A stretch of 64,000 nt of DNA, from contig CBDCSC010000001.1 in NCBI GenBank assembly GCA_965221335.1, positions 288,519-352,518 of the forward strand. The letters run 5' to 3'. This document shows positions 25,981 to 36,919 of this stretch, one piece after another. A program made the position numbers and the translations under genes. The notes under the pieces are model-generated. The model saw only the letters and a list, made by a program, of their open reading frames with translations, was not told the origin of the DNA and searched no databases. The number at the start of each line of letters is the position of its first letter. The stretch's first letter is position 1. Source of the stretch: Gammaproteobacteria bacterium (GTDB lineage: Bacteria; Pseudomonadota; Gammaproteobacteria; Eutrophobiales; Eutrophobiaceae).

Positions 25981-27774
25981 TTGAATATGATTGATTTGGA
26001 CTTGTTTCACTTTTTGCGGCCGCAATGGTTCATTGCCCTGGCGCCGCTGGCGTTGCTGATTTGGTTCATGTTCTTCAGGAAAGGCGCGCAGAGCAACTGG
26101 GAAACCGTAGTCGACCCGCGTCTGCTGCCGCACATCCTGGTCCGTGGCGCGGGCAAACCGCGGCGCACGGCGATCATACTGACCCTGACAGGCGGACTGT
26201 TGGGCATTTTCGCACTGGCAGGCCCGGCCTGGGACAAATTGCCGCAACCGGTATTCACCTCTCAGGATGCGCTGGTTATCGCATTGGACCTGACGCGTTC
26301 GATGAATGCCAACGATGTGTCCCCGAGCAGGCTGGAGCGGGCGCGCTACAAGATCAGCGATATCCTGGATCAGCGCCGGGAAGGACAGACGGCCTTGCTG
26401 GTTTATGCCGGGGACGCGTTTACCGTTACACCACTGACCGATGACGCGGCAACCATCAAGTCGCAGTTGAACGCGCTCAGCCCCGGCATTATGCCGGCAA
26501 CCGGCAACCGCGCCGACAAGGCCGTTGCCCTGGCGTCGAACCTGCTCAAACAAGCCGGCATGCGCCGCGGCCATGCGCTGTTGATCACCGATGATGCGAA
26601 CGTGGATGACGCCGGGGCCCGCGTGGCAGCGCTGCGCAACGCAGGTTATCGCCTGTCTGTACTGGGTGTCGGCACGCGCCATGGCGCGCCGGTGTTGTTG
26701 CCTGACGGTGGCTTCCTGCAAGACGGAAGCGGCAACATCGTGATCCCCGTTCTTGATGAGCGAGCGTTGCGCGCGCTGGCTGACTCCGGTGGCGGTATTT
26801 ATGCGCGTGTGAGCAAGGATGATCAAGACATTACGCGCTTGAGCGGGTTCTTCGCCGCCGCGCGCCCCGGCGGCGAGCAGGCAGACTCCGATATCACTGC
26901 CGATGTTTGGCGTGAGCAAGGCCCCTGGCTGGTATTGGGTCTGCTGCCCCTGGGCGCGTTACTGTTCCGGCGTGGCATGGTCCTGGCGCTGGCGTTGTTT
27001 TTATTCCCCTCCATTGACCCGGCTCATGCGTTCGATTGGGAGAGTTTGTGGTTGCGCAAAGACCAGCAGGGACAGCGCGCGATGGTTGACGGAGATTACG
27101 CAACCGCCGCCGGTTTGTTCAGTGACCCTGCGTGGAAAGCTGCCGCGCAACACCGGAGCGGGAATTACCAGGGTGCCATCGATAGTCTGGAGGCGCTTGA
27201 CGATACGCTAAGCCATTACAACAGGGGCAACGCGCTGGCCCGCTTGGGACGCTACCAGGAGGCCATTGCCGCTTACGACCGGACCCTGGCCGAGCAGCCG
27301 GATCACGCCGACGCATTATTCAACAAAGAATTGCTGGAACAAGAGCTGGCGCAGCAACAGCAACAACCGCAACAGAATCAGGGACAGCAGGACCAGGAAG
27401 CGAGCCAACAGACCGGACAACAACCCGAAGCGGAGGACGGCGAGCAAGAACAACAACAAGCCGGGCAGGATCAGCAACAACAGTCACGGTCTCCTCAGGC
27501 AGGGGAAAAGCAGGAGCACGAACGTCAGAATGAAACCCCGCAACCGGAAACAGGTGAGCAGGCGCAACAGCAGCCACAACCTGAACAGGGCCAACAGGGG
27601 AGGGAGCAAACCATGGCCGCGGCCGCGGCGCAGAAGACTGCCGAGGAACAGCAGGCCACCGAGCAGTGGTTACGGCGGATACCGGACGACCCCTCGGGGC
27701 TGTTGCGGAGAAAATTCCGTTACCAGTACCAGCAGCGCAACTATGAAAACAACGGCGATGAACAGAGCTGGTAA
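25981..27774 (+). CDS. batB: VWA + TPR protein BatB-like, with a long Gln/Glu-rich low-complexity tail
   Basis: 597 aa. TM, VWA (DLTRSM), a TPR-like segment (YNRGNALARLGRYQEAIAAYDRTLAEQPDHADALFNK), then ~120 aa of QQQQQPQQNQGQQDQ...-type low complexity. Confidence 0.65.
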   Translation: MNMIDLDLFHFLRPQWFIALAPLALLIWFMFFRKGAQSNWETVVDPRLLPHILVRGAGKPRRTAIILTLTGGLLGIFALAGPAWDKLPQPVFTSQDALVIALDLTRSMNANDVSPSRLERARYKISDILDQRREGQTALLVYAGDAFTVTPLTDDAATIKSQLNALSPGIMPATGNRADKAVALASNLLKQAGMRRGHALLITDDANVDDAGARVAALRNAGYRLSVLGVGTRHGAPVLLPDGGFLQDGSGNIVIPVLDERALRALADSGGGIYARVSKDDQDITRLSGFFAAARPGGEQADSDITADVWREQGPWLVLGLLPLGALLFRRGMVLALALFLFPSIDPAHAFDWESLWLRKDQQGQRAMVDGDYATAAGLFSDPAWKAAAQHRSGNYQGAIDSLEALDDTLSHYNRGNALARLGRYQEAIAAYDRTLAEQPDHADALFNKELLEQELAQQQQQPQQNQGQQDQEASQQTGQQPEAEDGEQEQQQAGQDQQQQSRSPQAGEKQEHERQNETPQPETGEQAQQQPQPEQGQQGREQTMAAAAAQKTAEEQQATEQWLRRIPDDPSGLLRRKFRYQYQQRNYENNGDEQSW

Positions 27775-29518
27775 AGCAAGCGGTGCAAGTAACATTGGCG
27801 CGCAGTTGCAACGCAGCCTGTGCCTGCTGCTGCTTGTATTGCCGGTATTCTCCGGCTGGGTGGGCGCGGCAACCATTACCGTCCAAACAGACCGGAACCC
27901 GGCCGTGTTGCAGGAATCCTTCCGGCTGATCTTCGAAGCGAGCGGCGATGTGGACGGCGACCCCGATTTCACCCCACTGGATAAAGATTTCCAGGTGCTG
28001 TCCACAAGTACCAGCACCAGCATGAGTATCGTCAATACCCGAATCACCCGTACCAAGCAGTGGCAACTGACCCTGATGCCGCGAACCGCCGGCAACCTGA
28101 TCATCCCCGCGATCGCTTTCGGCAAGGATGAAAGCCCGCAAACTTCGCTGACGGTCATACAGGCGGGCGCCGGTGCGGCAGGTCAGGACGCGCCGGATAT
28201 ATTCATGGAGGTAGAGGCAGTTCCCGCTTCGGTTTACGTCCAATCGCAAGTGATTTATACGCTAAAGCTGTATCGCGCTGTCGCCACGTCCAATGATACC
28301 TTATCCGAACCCGTGTTCAGCCGGGGTAGCGCGATCATTGAACTGCTGGATGCGGGCCGGAGTTATGATACGTTTGTTGAAGGCAGGCGTTACCGCGTAT
28401 TTCAAAGAAGCTTCGCAATCTATCCGCAGGTCAGCGGCAACCTGCTGATCGAACCTCTGCGCTTTCAGGGACAATTGGCGCCTGCTTCGCAGTTCAGTCT
28501 CGATCCCTTCGGCGCCGGAGCAAGGACGGTGGTAAGGCAATCGGAAGCTGTCGAGTTGCAGGTCAAGCCAGTCCCAACCACTTATCAGGCCAGGCACTGG
28601 TTGCCTGCGACTGACGTGAAAATCACCGAGAAGTGGTCAAAAAACCCGCTTGAGTTGTTGTCCAATGAACCGGCAACCCGCACTTTGACGTTGACTGCGC
28701 AGGGATTGACCGGAAGCCAGTTGCCGGAGCTCCGGGATCTGCTGCCTGACAGTTTCAGACAATATCCCGACCAGCCGGCGCTGGATAATTGGAGGACGGC
28801 CGGCGGCATAACAGGGGTGAGGGTACAGAAAAATGCGATCATTCCGGGGCAGCCTGGCGAATACATGCTGCCGGAACTCTCGCTGCCATGGTGGAACACG
28901 GCGACGCAGACACTGGAATATGCGGTACTGCCGGAACGGCGCGTGCAGGTCGCGGCAGCCGCTCCCGATGCCGCTCTGGACATGCCGGAATTGCCTGCCA
29001 CGGATATCGGCGCCCAGGTACCAGGGCAGGCGGCGCCGGAATCGCAAACGTCCGGCGCTGATGCAACGGACGCCTCTCCCGGCATATCGACCTGGCAATG
29101 GCTTGCCGGCATCCTGGCGATTGGCTGGCTGGTTACCGTTGGTTATTTTCTGAAAGACCGCAGGCGCGCGCGGGCAGCGAGTCCCCAGCCGCACACAGAG
29201 CACCTCAGAACCGCGCGCAGAGCTTTCAAACAGGCCTGCCGGGATAATGATCCGCAACAGGCAAAAACAGCGCTGTTGAACTGGGCGCGTGTACGCCCGG
29301 ATGGGCCGCCAGCCGCGAGCCTGGGCGAGCTCGAACGGCAAAGCGGCGGCAGGTTGGCAACTGAAATACGCGTACTGTCGCGCCGGCTGTATTCCCGTGA
29401 CGCTGAGGAGACCTGGCGCGGCGATGCGCTGTGGCAGGCATTTCTGGAAGAAGAAAAGTCGACCGTTGCCAAAACGGCCCCGGAGCGCGGCAAGCTGGAA
29501 CCGTTGTTCAGGTTATAG
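27743..29518 (+). CDS. batD: BatD-like protein
   Basis: The start is placed at MKTTAMNRAGK, with signal peptide LCLLLLVLPVFSGWVGA. The upstream part of the 750-aa ORF overlaps batB in another frame and is discounted. A C-terminal TM is present. Confidence 0.6.
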   Translation: MKTTAMNRAGKASGASNIGAQLQRSLCLLLLVLPVFSGWVGAATITVQTDRNPAVLQESFRLIFEASGDVDGDPDFTPLDKDFQVLSTSTSTSMSIVNTRITRTKQWQLTLMPRTAGNLIIPAIAFGKDESPQTSLTVIQAGAGAAGQDAPDIFMEVEAVPASVYVQSQVIYTLKLYRAVATSNDTLSEPVFSRGSAIIELLDAGRSYDTFVEGRRYRVFQRSFAIYPQVSGNLLIEPLRFQGQLAPASQFSLDPFGAGARTVVRQSEAVELQVKPVPTTYQARHWLPATDVKITEKWSKNPLELLSNEPATRTLTLTAQGLTGSQLPELRDLLPDSFRQYPDQPALDNWRTAGGITGVRVQKNAIIPGQPGEYMLPELSLPWWNTATQTLEYAVLPERRVQVAAAAPDAALDMPELPATDIGAQVPGQAAPESQTSGADATDASPGISTWQWLAGILAIGWLVTVGYFLKDRRRARAASPQPHTEHLRTARRAFKQACRDNDPQQAKTALLNWARVRPDGPPAASLGELERQSGGRLATEIRVLSRRLYSRDAEETWRGDALWQAFLEEEKSTVAKTAPERGKLEPLFRL

Positions 29519-30313
29519 CTTGACGAACTTCATCGTCATCCGGTCACTTTCGCCGATGGCGGAATACTTCTCCCTGTCTTCGTCGCCCAGACGATAGGTC
29601 GGCGGCAAGGTCCAGACGCCTTCAGGATGGTCTTTGGTGTCCTTCGGGTTGGCGTTGATCTCTGATTTGTCGACCAGTTCGAAACCGGTGCCTTCCAGCA
29701 GCCGGATCAGGTAACTTTCCGGTACATAGCCGCGTTCGGCGGTTTCTTTTGCATCACTCCCGGCCTCGGCGCGGTGCTGCACTACTCCCAGGATGCCGCC
29801 GGGCTTCAATACCCGGTACAGCGCCTGGTATACGTCCTCGACCCCACCAAACCGGATCCAGTTGTGGGTGTTGCGGAACGTGAGCACCATGTCGAAACTC
29901 TCATCCTCGAAGTCCTCCAGGTAACCCTCTCCCTGGAACTGGCCGAGCACGACCTTGCCGTAGTTGTCCGGATCGGCGTTAAATTTCTCCACCAGCCCGT
30001 TATGGATGTTGCGCAGGTATTCAACGGGATGTTCAGGGCCGAAGCTGGCGACTGCAAGCAGGCCGTCATCCCTCAGGTACGGCGCCAGTATCTCCGTGTA
30101 CCAGCCGCCGCCGGGCAGGATTTCCAGCACCTCCATATCCGCGCTGATACCGAAAAATGTCAGGGTTTCTCCGGGATGGCGCTGGACATCCCGGGCCACG
30201 TTCTTCGCATCCCGGTGTGCCCCGGAGATGGCTGCGCCCAGCGGGTCCTGGCCGTTATCGGCGCATCCCGATAGCGCCAGCGCGAAAAATAAAATGGTAG
30301 TCAGACTGCGCAT
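29513..30313 (-). CDS. class I SAM-dependent methyltransferase, probable lipoprotein
   Basis: Start taken at MRSLTTILFFALALSGC (lipobox). Contains a methyltransferase fold segment (LEILPGGGWYTEILAPYL...VLKPGGILGVV). The ORF could extend to 30355. Confidence 0.55.
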   Translation of the reverse strand: MRSLTTILFFALALSGCADNGQDPLGAAISGAHRDAKNVARDVQRHPGETLTFFGISADMEVLEILPGGGWYTEILAPYLRDDGLLAVASFGPEHPVEYLRNIHNGLVEKFNADPDNYGKVVLGQFQGEGYLEDFEDESFDMVLTFRNTHNWIRFGGVEDVYQALYRVLKPGGILGVVQHRAEAGSDAKETAERGYVPESYLIRLLEGTGFELVDKSEINANPKDTKDHPEGVWTLPPTYRLGDEDREKYSAIGESDRMTMKFVKL

Positions 30314-30387
30314 GATTGGTTTCTCCACGAGATATCCACGACCAGAGAATAACATGCCTGGCCAAGATAAAAAAGACGCGGGTCGGG

Positions 30388-30699
30388 TCAGGCCGTCCAG
30401 CGGTATTCCAACAGGTCAACCGTATCATTTCCTGAGAAAACAATACCCTCTGCTTCCAGCAATATCCGTTGCAACAGGTGCCCCTCCGTACCGGTGCGCA
30501 AGCTGATTCGTCCCTGGCTGTTGATAATACGGTGCCAGGGCACATCTGTGCCATCCCGCAACGCGGCCATGGCATAGCCCACCTGCCTGGCGGAACATTT
30601 CCCTGCCAGCCCGGCTATCTGCCCGTAAGTGGCGACTTTTCCTTCCGGTACCCGGCGCACCCACGCGTATATTTCATCATAGACACTATCGCCCTTCAT
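30388..30699 (-). CDS. atl: alkyltransferase-like protein (MGMT-family DNA-binding domain, Cys replaced by Trp)
   Basis: 103 aa with PWHRII in place of the Ogt PCHRV active site, as in Atl/YbaZ proteins. Confidence 0.6.
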   Translation of the reverse strand: MKGDSVYDEIYAWVRRVPEGKVATYGQIAGLAGKCSARQVGYAMAALRDGTDVPWHRIINSQGRISLRTGTEGHLLQRILLEAEGIVFSGNDTVDLLEYRWTA

Positions 30700-32153
30700 C
30701 AGGCATTCTGACTCCGCAACCGGGCCGCAGTTTCCGTGATCAGGCGCCAGGCCTGTTTAACATGCTCCAGTTCGGTGTGGGACTGGCCGATACAGATGCG
30801 CAGTACGAAGCGGCCGTTAAGCTTCGTGTGGGTGAGGAACATAGCGCCGCTCCCATTCAGTTCATCCATCAGCCGCTTGTTCAGTTCGTCACTGTCACGG
30901 TGGCGAAAACAGACCAGGTTGAACGGCGCCGGCGCGACGATTTCGAACTGTTCATCGGCTTCTATCCATCCGGCCAGTTGCCGGGTCAGTTCGATATGCC
31001 GGCGGATGTGGTGCTGCAGCCCCTCCACCCCGTAGTAACGCAGCACGAACCAGAGCTTGAGCGCGCGGAAGCGGCGCCCCAGCGGTACCTGCCAGTCCCG
31101 GTAATCGAACACCGCGCCGCTGGTCGTCGCCTCGTTCAGCAGGTACTCCGGCAGGATCGACAACGCGTTGATCAGCGCGGCCCGGTCGGCCACCCAGAAA
31201 CACGAGCAATCGAAATTGGTGAACATCCATTTATGCGGATTAAAGCTGTAGCTGTCGGTGTATTCGATACCGTCATGCAGGTAATGGTATTCAGGGCAGA
31301 TGACCGCCGTGCCGGACATCGCCGCGTCCACGTGGAACCACAAGCCTTCGTCCGCACAAATCCTGCCGATCTCCGCGATCGGGTCAAGCGCATTCGATGA
31401 GGTGGTGCCCAGGGTGGCGCAGGCGAATATGGGCCGCAGTCCGGCAGCCTTGTCGGCCTTGATTTGCTGTGCCAGCCTGCCCGCGTCCAGCGCAAAGTGC
31501 GCATCTGTTTCAATCTGCCGCAGGTTGGCGCGCCCCAGGCCGGCGATACCCATGGCCTTCTCCAGGGAGGAATGGGTCTGGGTTGAGCAATACGCAACCT
31601 GCTTGCCGTCGCAGCCCTCGCGGTTGGTGCGCAGGTCGGAGTCCCGCTCGCGCGCAGCCAGCAGTGCGCACAGGATCGCGCTGGAGGCAGTGTCCTGGAT
31701 TACACCGCCGCCCGCGGCCGTTGAACGGTACTTGTCAGGCAGTCCCAGCAGGTCCGCCAACCAGTCCAGCACCCGGGTCTCAAGCTCGGTGCAGGCTGGG
31801 CTTGTGGACCATAACATGCCTTGCACGCCGAGTCCGGAGGACAGCAAATCGCCCAGGATCGCCGGCCCTGAGGTGTTGGCCGGAAAATACGCATAAAAGT
31901 GGGGGGACTGCCAATGGGTGACACCGGGCAGGACTTTGTCCTCCACATCCCGCAGGATCGCCGCGAACTCTTCGCCTAGTACCGGCGCGGCGGTCGGAAG
32001 CGACTTTTCGATCTCACCTGGCTGCACTCGTGACAGCACCGGGTAACGCTCCACTTTTTCGTAGTAATCGGCTATCCAGTCGATCATCTCCTTGCCATGG
32101 CGGCGGAAGTCCTCCACGGACATGTGGTAACCGGATTTACTCATCGGTAACAC
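30699..32153 (-). CDS. PLP-dependent aromatic-L-amino-acid (group II) decarboxylase
   Basis: 484 aa. DDC-family motifs are present, including the PLP lysine region [19 protein letters not shown]. Confidence 0.75.
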   Translation of the reverse strand: MLPMSKSGYHMSVEDFRRHGKEMIDWIADYYEKVERYPVLSRVQPGEIEKSLPTAAPVLGEEFAAILRDVEDKVLPGVTHWQSPHFYAYFPANTSGPAILGDLLSSGLGVQGMLWSTSPACTELETRVLDWLADLLGLPDKYRSTAAGGGVIQDTASSAILCALLAARERDSDLRTNREGCDGKQVAYCSTQTHSSLEKAMGIAGLGRANLRQIETDAHFALDAGRLAQQIKADKAAGLRPIFACATLGTTSSNALDPIAEIGRICADEGLWFHVDAAMSGTAVICPEYHYLHDGIEYTDSYSFNPHKWMFTNFDCSCFWVADRAALINALSILPEYLLNEATTSGAVFDYRDWQVPLGRRFRALKLWFVLRYYGVEGLQHHIRRHIELTRQLAGWIEADEQFEIVAPAPFNLVCFRHRDSDELNKRLMDELNGSGAMFLTHTKLNGRFVLRICIGQSHTELEHVKQAWRLITETAARLRSQNA

Positions 32154-33816
32154 AGCCGAGCGAGGCGGACTTCACGCTGCGGATATACTTGTATAAAGTG
32201 CCGCGTTTCGTCTTGTACTCGGGCATAACCCAGTCCGCCTTGCGCTGAGCCAGCTCCTCGTTGCTCAGGTCTACGTTTATCTGGTTGGTTTTGGCGTTGA
32301 TGGTAATCATATCCCCGTTCTTGATCAGTGCAAGAGGCCCGCCTTCCTGTGCCTCCGGCACCACGTGGCCGATGATAAACCCGTGGGAACCGCCGGAAAA
32401 ACGGCCGTCGGTGATCATCGCGACATCATTTCCCAGACCGGCGCCCATGATGGCCGAGGTCGGGGTCAGCATTTCAGGCATGCCGGGCCCTCCTTTCGGA
32501 CCTTCGTAACGAATAACGACGGCATCGCCCTTGTCGATTTGATCCTGTTCCAGCGCAGCCAGCATGTCTTCTTCCGAGTCGAACACTTTGGCGGGCCCGC
32601 TGAAGAGCTCGCCTTCCTTGCCGGTGATCTTGGCCACCGCGCCGCCCGGCGCCAGGTTGCCTTTCAGGATGCGGATATGGCCGGAGCGCTTGAAAGGCTT
32701 GTCCAACGGCCGTAACACGTCCTGCCCCGCGTCCAGCGGCGGCAGTCCGGCCAGGTTTTCAGCAATAGTCTTTCCCGTCACGGTCATGCAACTCCCGTCG
32801 ATCAGGTCATGCTCCAGCAGGTATTTCATGACCCCCGGTACGCCGCCGACCTTGTGCAGGTCTTCCATCACGTAGCGGCCGCTGGGTTTGAGGTCCGCCA
32901 GGTATGGGGTGCGGTCGCTGACGGCCTGGAATGCGTCGATATCCAGTGTTACGTCGACGGATCGGGCCATCGCAATCAGGTGCAACACCGCGTTGGTCGA
33001 ACCGCCGAGCACCGTGACCACAACCATCGCGTTCTCGAACGCGGCGCGGGTCATGATGTCGCGCGGTTTAAGGTCCACTTCCAGCAAATGTTTTATCGCC
33101 GCGCCGGCCTGCAGGCATTCTTCGAGCTTCTGCGGGTCAACCGCGGGCGTGGAAGAACTGTACGGTAACGACATTCCCAGCGCCTCGATTGCAGAGGCCA
33201 TGGTATTGGCGGTGTACATGCCGCCGCAGGCGCCTGGCCCGGGACAGGCGGAACGTACTATCGCACTGCGGTTACCGTCGTCAATGCGCCCGGAGATGAA
33301 TTCGCCGTAGCTTTGGAACGCGGAAATGATATCCACTTTATTGCCATCGTGGTAGCCGGGCTTGATGGTGCCGCCGTAGATCATCAGCGCAGGACGGTTA
33401 AGTCGGCCCATGGCCATGATGCAGCCGGGCATGTTCTTATCGCAACCCGGGATGGAGATGTTGGCGTCGTACCACTGGGCACTCATAATGGTTTCGATGG
33501 AATCTGCGATCAGGTCCCGCGACTGCAGCGAAAAACTCATGCCTTCCGTGCCCATCGAAATCGCATCGCTGACGCCGACTGTATTGAAGCGCATCCCCAC
33601 CAGGTCCTGGGCATCCACGCCCTGTTTGGCCTTGGCCGCGAGGTCGAGCAGGTGCATATTACAGGTATTGCCCTCAAACCAGACACTGGCAATGCCCACC
33701 TGGGCCTTGGCCATATCTTTTTCTGTCATACCGGTGCCGTACAACATGGCCTGTGACGCGCCCTGGGATTTTTCTTGGGTTACCCTTGCGCTGTAACGAT
33801 TCAATGGTTCAGACAT
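32137..33816 (-). CDS. ilvD: dihydroxy-acid dehydratase
   Basis: 559 aa with IlvD/Edd family motifs ([30 protein letters not shown]). Confidence 0.85.
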   Translation of the reverse strand: MSEPLNRYSARVTQEKSQGASQAMLYGTGMTEKDMAKAQVGIASVWFEGNTCNMHLLDLAAKAKQGVDAQDLVGMRFNTVGVSDAISMGTEGMSFSLQSRDLIADSIETIMSAQWYDANISIPGCDKNMPGCIMAMGRLNRPALMIYGGTIKPGYHDGNKVDIISAFQSYGEFISGRIDDGNRSAIVRSACPGPGACGGMYTANTMASAIEALGMSLPYSSSTPAVDPQKLEECLQAGAAIKHLLEVDLKPRDIMTRAAFENAMVVVTVLGGSTNAVLHLIAMARSVDVTLDIDAFQAVSDRTPYLADLKPSGRYVMEDLHKVGGVPGVMKYLLEHDLIDGSCMTVTGKTIAENLAGLPPLDAGQDVLRPLDKPFKRSGHIRILKGNLAPGGAVAKITGKEGELFSGPAKVFDSEEDMLAALEQDQIDKGDAVVIRYEGPKGGPGMPEMLTPTSAIMGAGLGNDVAMITDGRFSGGSHGFIIGHVVPEAQEGGPLALIKNGDMITINAKTNQINVDLSNEELAQRKADWVMPEYKTKRGTLYKYIRSVKSASLGCVTDE

Positions 33817-33933
33817 TATGCTATTCCTGTATATGTATTAATACTGTAGTTATTTTATGGCTTCGGTTTAGGGTGAGTGTGAACGGGAAAAGTCTATTAA
33901 ATTATATTTATCTGCGTTACTCTGCACCCTATT

Positions 33934-35082
33934 ATGATAACACTCCCTGCATTCAAAGAGTCCTTTGCCGCGCTGGTGGCGGCGCCGACAGTCAGCAGCA
34001 TCGACCCGGCTTATGATCAAAGCAACGCGCCGGCAGTGGATTTGCTTGCGAACTGGTTTGCCGACCTGGGCTTTCGCATTGAGATCATGCCGGTTGACAA
34101 GTCAGCCGGCAAGGTCAACCTGATCGCCAGCCTGGGCAGCGGAAGTGGCGGCCTGGTGTTGTCCGGGCATACCGACACGGTGCCGTTTACGGAAGCGGCG
34201 TGGCGCCAGGACCCGTTCCGGCTGACGGAAAAGGACGGGCGGTATTATGGTCTGGGTGTGACGGATATGAAATGTTTTTTCCCGATCATCATGCAGGCGC
34301 TGCAAGCGCTGGACCTGAAAAAGATCAAGCGGCCGCTGCTGCTGCTGGCTACCTGCGATGAAGAAAGTACGATGGCCGGCGCCAGGGCGCTGGTGGATAT
34401 GGACCGGGGTTTTGGTCGCTACGCGCTGATCGGCGAGCCAACGGGTTTGCAGCCGATCAACATGCACAAGGGCGGGTTTACCGAGGCCATCACCCTGAAG
34501 GGCCAGGCCGGACATGCCAGCGACCCGTCCCTGGGCAATAATGCGATAGAAGGCATGCATCAGGTCATCGCCGCCCTGTTTTCCTGGCGAGAACACTTGC
34601 AGGACGCGTATGTTAACGACCGTTTCAACGTGGCGACACCGACGCTGAATTTTGGCGTCATTCGAGGTGGCGACAACCCCAATCGCATCTGCGCCGAATG
34701 TGAGCTGAAGGTGGATATCCGGATATTGCCGGGCATGAGCATTGATGACATGCGCAAGCGGCTGCGCCTAACAGTCAGCGATGCGGTGGCGGACAGCGGC
34801 CTTGAATTGGCGTTCGGGCGCAGCTTTGCCGGCATTGCGCCGTTTCAGACTGACCCCGACAGCGAGATTGTCAAGGTCGCGGAAAAACTCACCGGCCATG
34901 CCGTCGGGTCAGTCAATTTCGGTACGGAAGGGCCATTTCTGAATTCCATGGGGATGGACACCGTGGTGCTGGGTCCGGGGGATATCGACCAGGCGCACCA
35001 GGCGAATGAATATATAGAGCAAAGCCGCATCCCGGTGATGCAGCGCGTGTTGCAACAGGTAATTACGCATTTCTGTATGTAA
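33934..35082 (+). CDS. argE: acetylornithine deacetylase (M20 peptidase family)
   Basis: 382 aa. M20 metal ligands (HTDTVP, ATCDEES) and ArgE-like termini. Confidence 0.75.
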   Translation: MITLPAFKESFAALVAAPTVSSIDPAYDQSNAPAVDLLANWFADLGFRIEIMPVDKSAGKVNLIASLGSGSGGLVLSGHTDTVPFTEAAWRQDPFRLTEKDGRYYGLGVTDMKCFFPIIMQALQALDLKKIKRPLLLLATCDEESTMAGARALVDMDRGFGRYALIGEPTGLQPINMHKGGFTEAITLKGQAGHASDPSLGNNAIEGMHQVIAALFSWREHLQDAYVNDRFNVATPTLNFGVIRGGDNPNRICAECELKVDIRILPGMSIDDMRKRLRLTVSDAVADSGLELAFGRSFAGIAPFQTDPDSEIVKVAEKLTGHAVGSVNFGTEGPFLNSMGMDTVVLGPGDIDQAHQANEYIEQSRIPVMQRVLQQVITHFCM

Positions 35083-35091
35083 CAGTGATGT

Positions 35092-36426
35092 ATGCACAGG
35101 GTTATCATGGATAAGGCGCAATTCGTAAACTGGTTTCGTTCGGCTTCGCCGTACATTCGTATACACCGGGACAAGACTTTTGTTGTGCAGGTGGGCGACC
35201 CGGTATTGCGCGGCCCGGGCTTTGTTTCCCTCGCACATGATCTGGCGTTGCTGAGCAGCCTGGGTATCCGGTTGGCGCTGGTTTACGGCGCGCGCACCGC
35301 GATTGATGCCGGTCTTGCCGGCAGAAAACTGGCCTCCAACTACCACGAAGGAATCCGGATTACCGATACGAACGCGATGGATGTGGTCAAGGAGACGGCC
35401 GGACGCCTGCTGCTGGAGATCCAGGCCAAGCTGTCCATGGGTATGGGCAATACGCCCATGTCCAATGCCGCGATCAGGGTGAATACCGGCAATTATGTGA
35501 CGGCCAAACCGTTGGGAGTAATCGGCGGGGTGGACTATCAGCTCACCGGTAAAGTCCGCAGCATTGATACGCAGGCCATGAGCGCCGGGCTGAACGGCGG
35601 TGAAATCATCATCCTGCCCCCGCTCGGCTACTCTGTTACCGGGGAAGCCTACAACCTGTCCGCCGCCGCGCTCGCCGCGGACGCGGCCGTTGCCTTGCAG
35701 GCGGACAAGCTGATCTACCTGGTGGAAGCCGGTGACCTGTCCTCACTGACGGACGGGGGCCAGGTCAGCCAGTTGAACCGGGATCAGGCCCGGGCATTGT
35801 TGGACCGCTCGGATGACCATTCGGCTGCCTGCGAATACCTGCAACACGCGTTGGAAGTGAGCATCAACGGTGTAGACCGGGTGCACCTGCTCAACCGGGA
35901 CGAAGACGGCGCGCTGCTCAATGAATTGTTTACCCGTGATGGTTCGGGTCTGATGATCAGCGCGTCCGCATACGATGAGATGCGTCGGGCCGGTAGCGAT
36001 GACATTGCGGGCATCCTGGACTTGATCAAACCGCACGAGCTGCAAGGCGTGTTGGTCACACGCTCCAGGGAAAAACTGGAACTGGAGGTGGATCGTTTTA
36101 CCATCCTGTTGCGCGATGGGGTCATCATCGGCTGTGTCGGCCTGTATCCCTACCCCGATGACGGCGTGGCGGAGCTGGCCTGCCTGGTGGCGCACCCGGA
36201 GTATCATGGACGCGGTCTGGGAGACAGCTTGCTTGACGCGGCGGTGAAAGAAGCGCAACAGCAGGAGATAAACCGCTTGTTCGTGCTGACCACACAGACA
36301 ACGCAGTGGTTTGTGGAGCGGGGTTTTACCGAGACCTCGCTGGAAAGCCTGCCGGTAGAAAAACAGGCGTTGTACAACTACCAGCGTAACGCCAGGATTC
36401 TGATCAGAGAGTTAGGGAAACTCTGA
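35092..36426 (+). CDS. argA: amino-acid N-acetyltransferase (N-acetylglutamate synthase)
   Basis: 444 aa with an N-terminal amino-acid kinase fold and a C-terminal GNAT domain (HPEYHGRGLGDSLL). Confidence 0.8.
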   Translation: MHRVIMDKAQFVNWFRSASPYIRIHRDKTFVVQVGDPVLRGPGFVSLAHDLALLSSLGIRLALVYGARTAIDAGLAGRKLASNYHEGIRITDTNAMDVVKETAGRLLLEIQAKLSMGMGNTPMSNAAIRVNTGNYVTAKPLGVIGGVDYQLTGKVRSIDTQAMSAGLNGGEIIILPPLGYSVTGEAYNLSAAALAADAAVALQADKLIYLVEAGDLSSLTDGGQVSQLNRDQARALLDRSDDHSAACEYLQHALEVSINGVDRVHLLNRDEDGALLNELFTRDGSGLMISASAYDEMRRAGSDDIAGILDLIKPHELQGVLVTRSREKLELEVDRFTILLRDGVIIGCVGLYPYPDDGVAELACLVAHPEYHGRGLGDSLLDAAVKEAQQQEINRLFVLTTQTTQWFVERGFTETSLESLPVEKQALYNYQRNARILIRELGKL

Positions 36427-36451
36427 ACAAGTCCATCCTGGACTTGTCAGT
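36417..36451. repeat. Family-B palindromic element (GGAAACTCTGAACAAGTCCATCCTGGACTTGTCAG), hybrid with the family-A left arm
   Basis: It overlaps the argA stop. The hairpin is ACAAGTCCA-tcc-TGGACTTGT, and the left flank GGAAACTCTGA is identical to the family-A arm. Confidence 0.55.
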
Positions 36452-36455
36452 CGCT

Positions 36456-36650
36456 TCATCTCACCGGGCCGATCGCAGTTTTGCTGCCGTCCGGGTGCAG
36501 GCGCATAATCGTGTCATTTTCCACGATGATCGCGTCATAGCCCAGCTTGCGTTTTCGTTCCAGTTCGTTGGTGACTGCCCGATGCAGGCAATCCATTATG
36601 AATATTGTATGCTCGTCCAGCTCTCCAGGAGATGCGATGTTATAGGACAT
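36456..36650 (-). CDS. hypothetical small protein (64 aa)
   Basis: The ORF sits in a 490-bp gap. It has no canonical upstream extension, because the in-frame upstream sequence runs to a stop with no ATG/GTG/TTG. I assign no family. Confidence 0.2.
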   Translation of the reverse strand: MSYNIASPGELDEHTIFIMDCLHRAVTNELERKRKLGYDAIIVENDTIMRLHPDGSKTAIGPVR

Positions 36651-36919
36651 TTCCTGTTCTGAGATTTTGTCAATACCATCAGGCGGTTCTTCGAATATGG
36701 TTTGCTCAGAAATATTGGCTTCTCCCTTGATTGCTGTGAACAGTGCTTGATTTTTGATTATAACATTTTCTTCCAGTCGCCGAAATATCAGTTTTCTCTC
36801 CGGCGCTGAATTGTCATGACACCTGACTTCAGTGCAAACCGGGCTGATATCCCTGTTTTTTTGATCAAACTACAATTGCGCGCGCTGAATAGCAACTCTC
36901 TTCTGGCAAGCAATCCGCG

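Noticed and set aside
25555-26919. 454-aa minus-strand ORF antisense to batA/batB
   Set aside because: Same reasoning: an antisense artefact of GC-rich coding sequence.
27266-27742. N-terminal 159 aa of the 750-aa ORF upstream of batD
   Set aside because: It overlaps the 3' end of batB in a different frame and is a basic, low-complexity antisense-like artefact of the Gln-rich repeat. A genuine signal-peptide start (MKTTAMNR...) exists at 27743.
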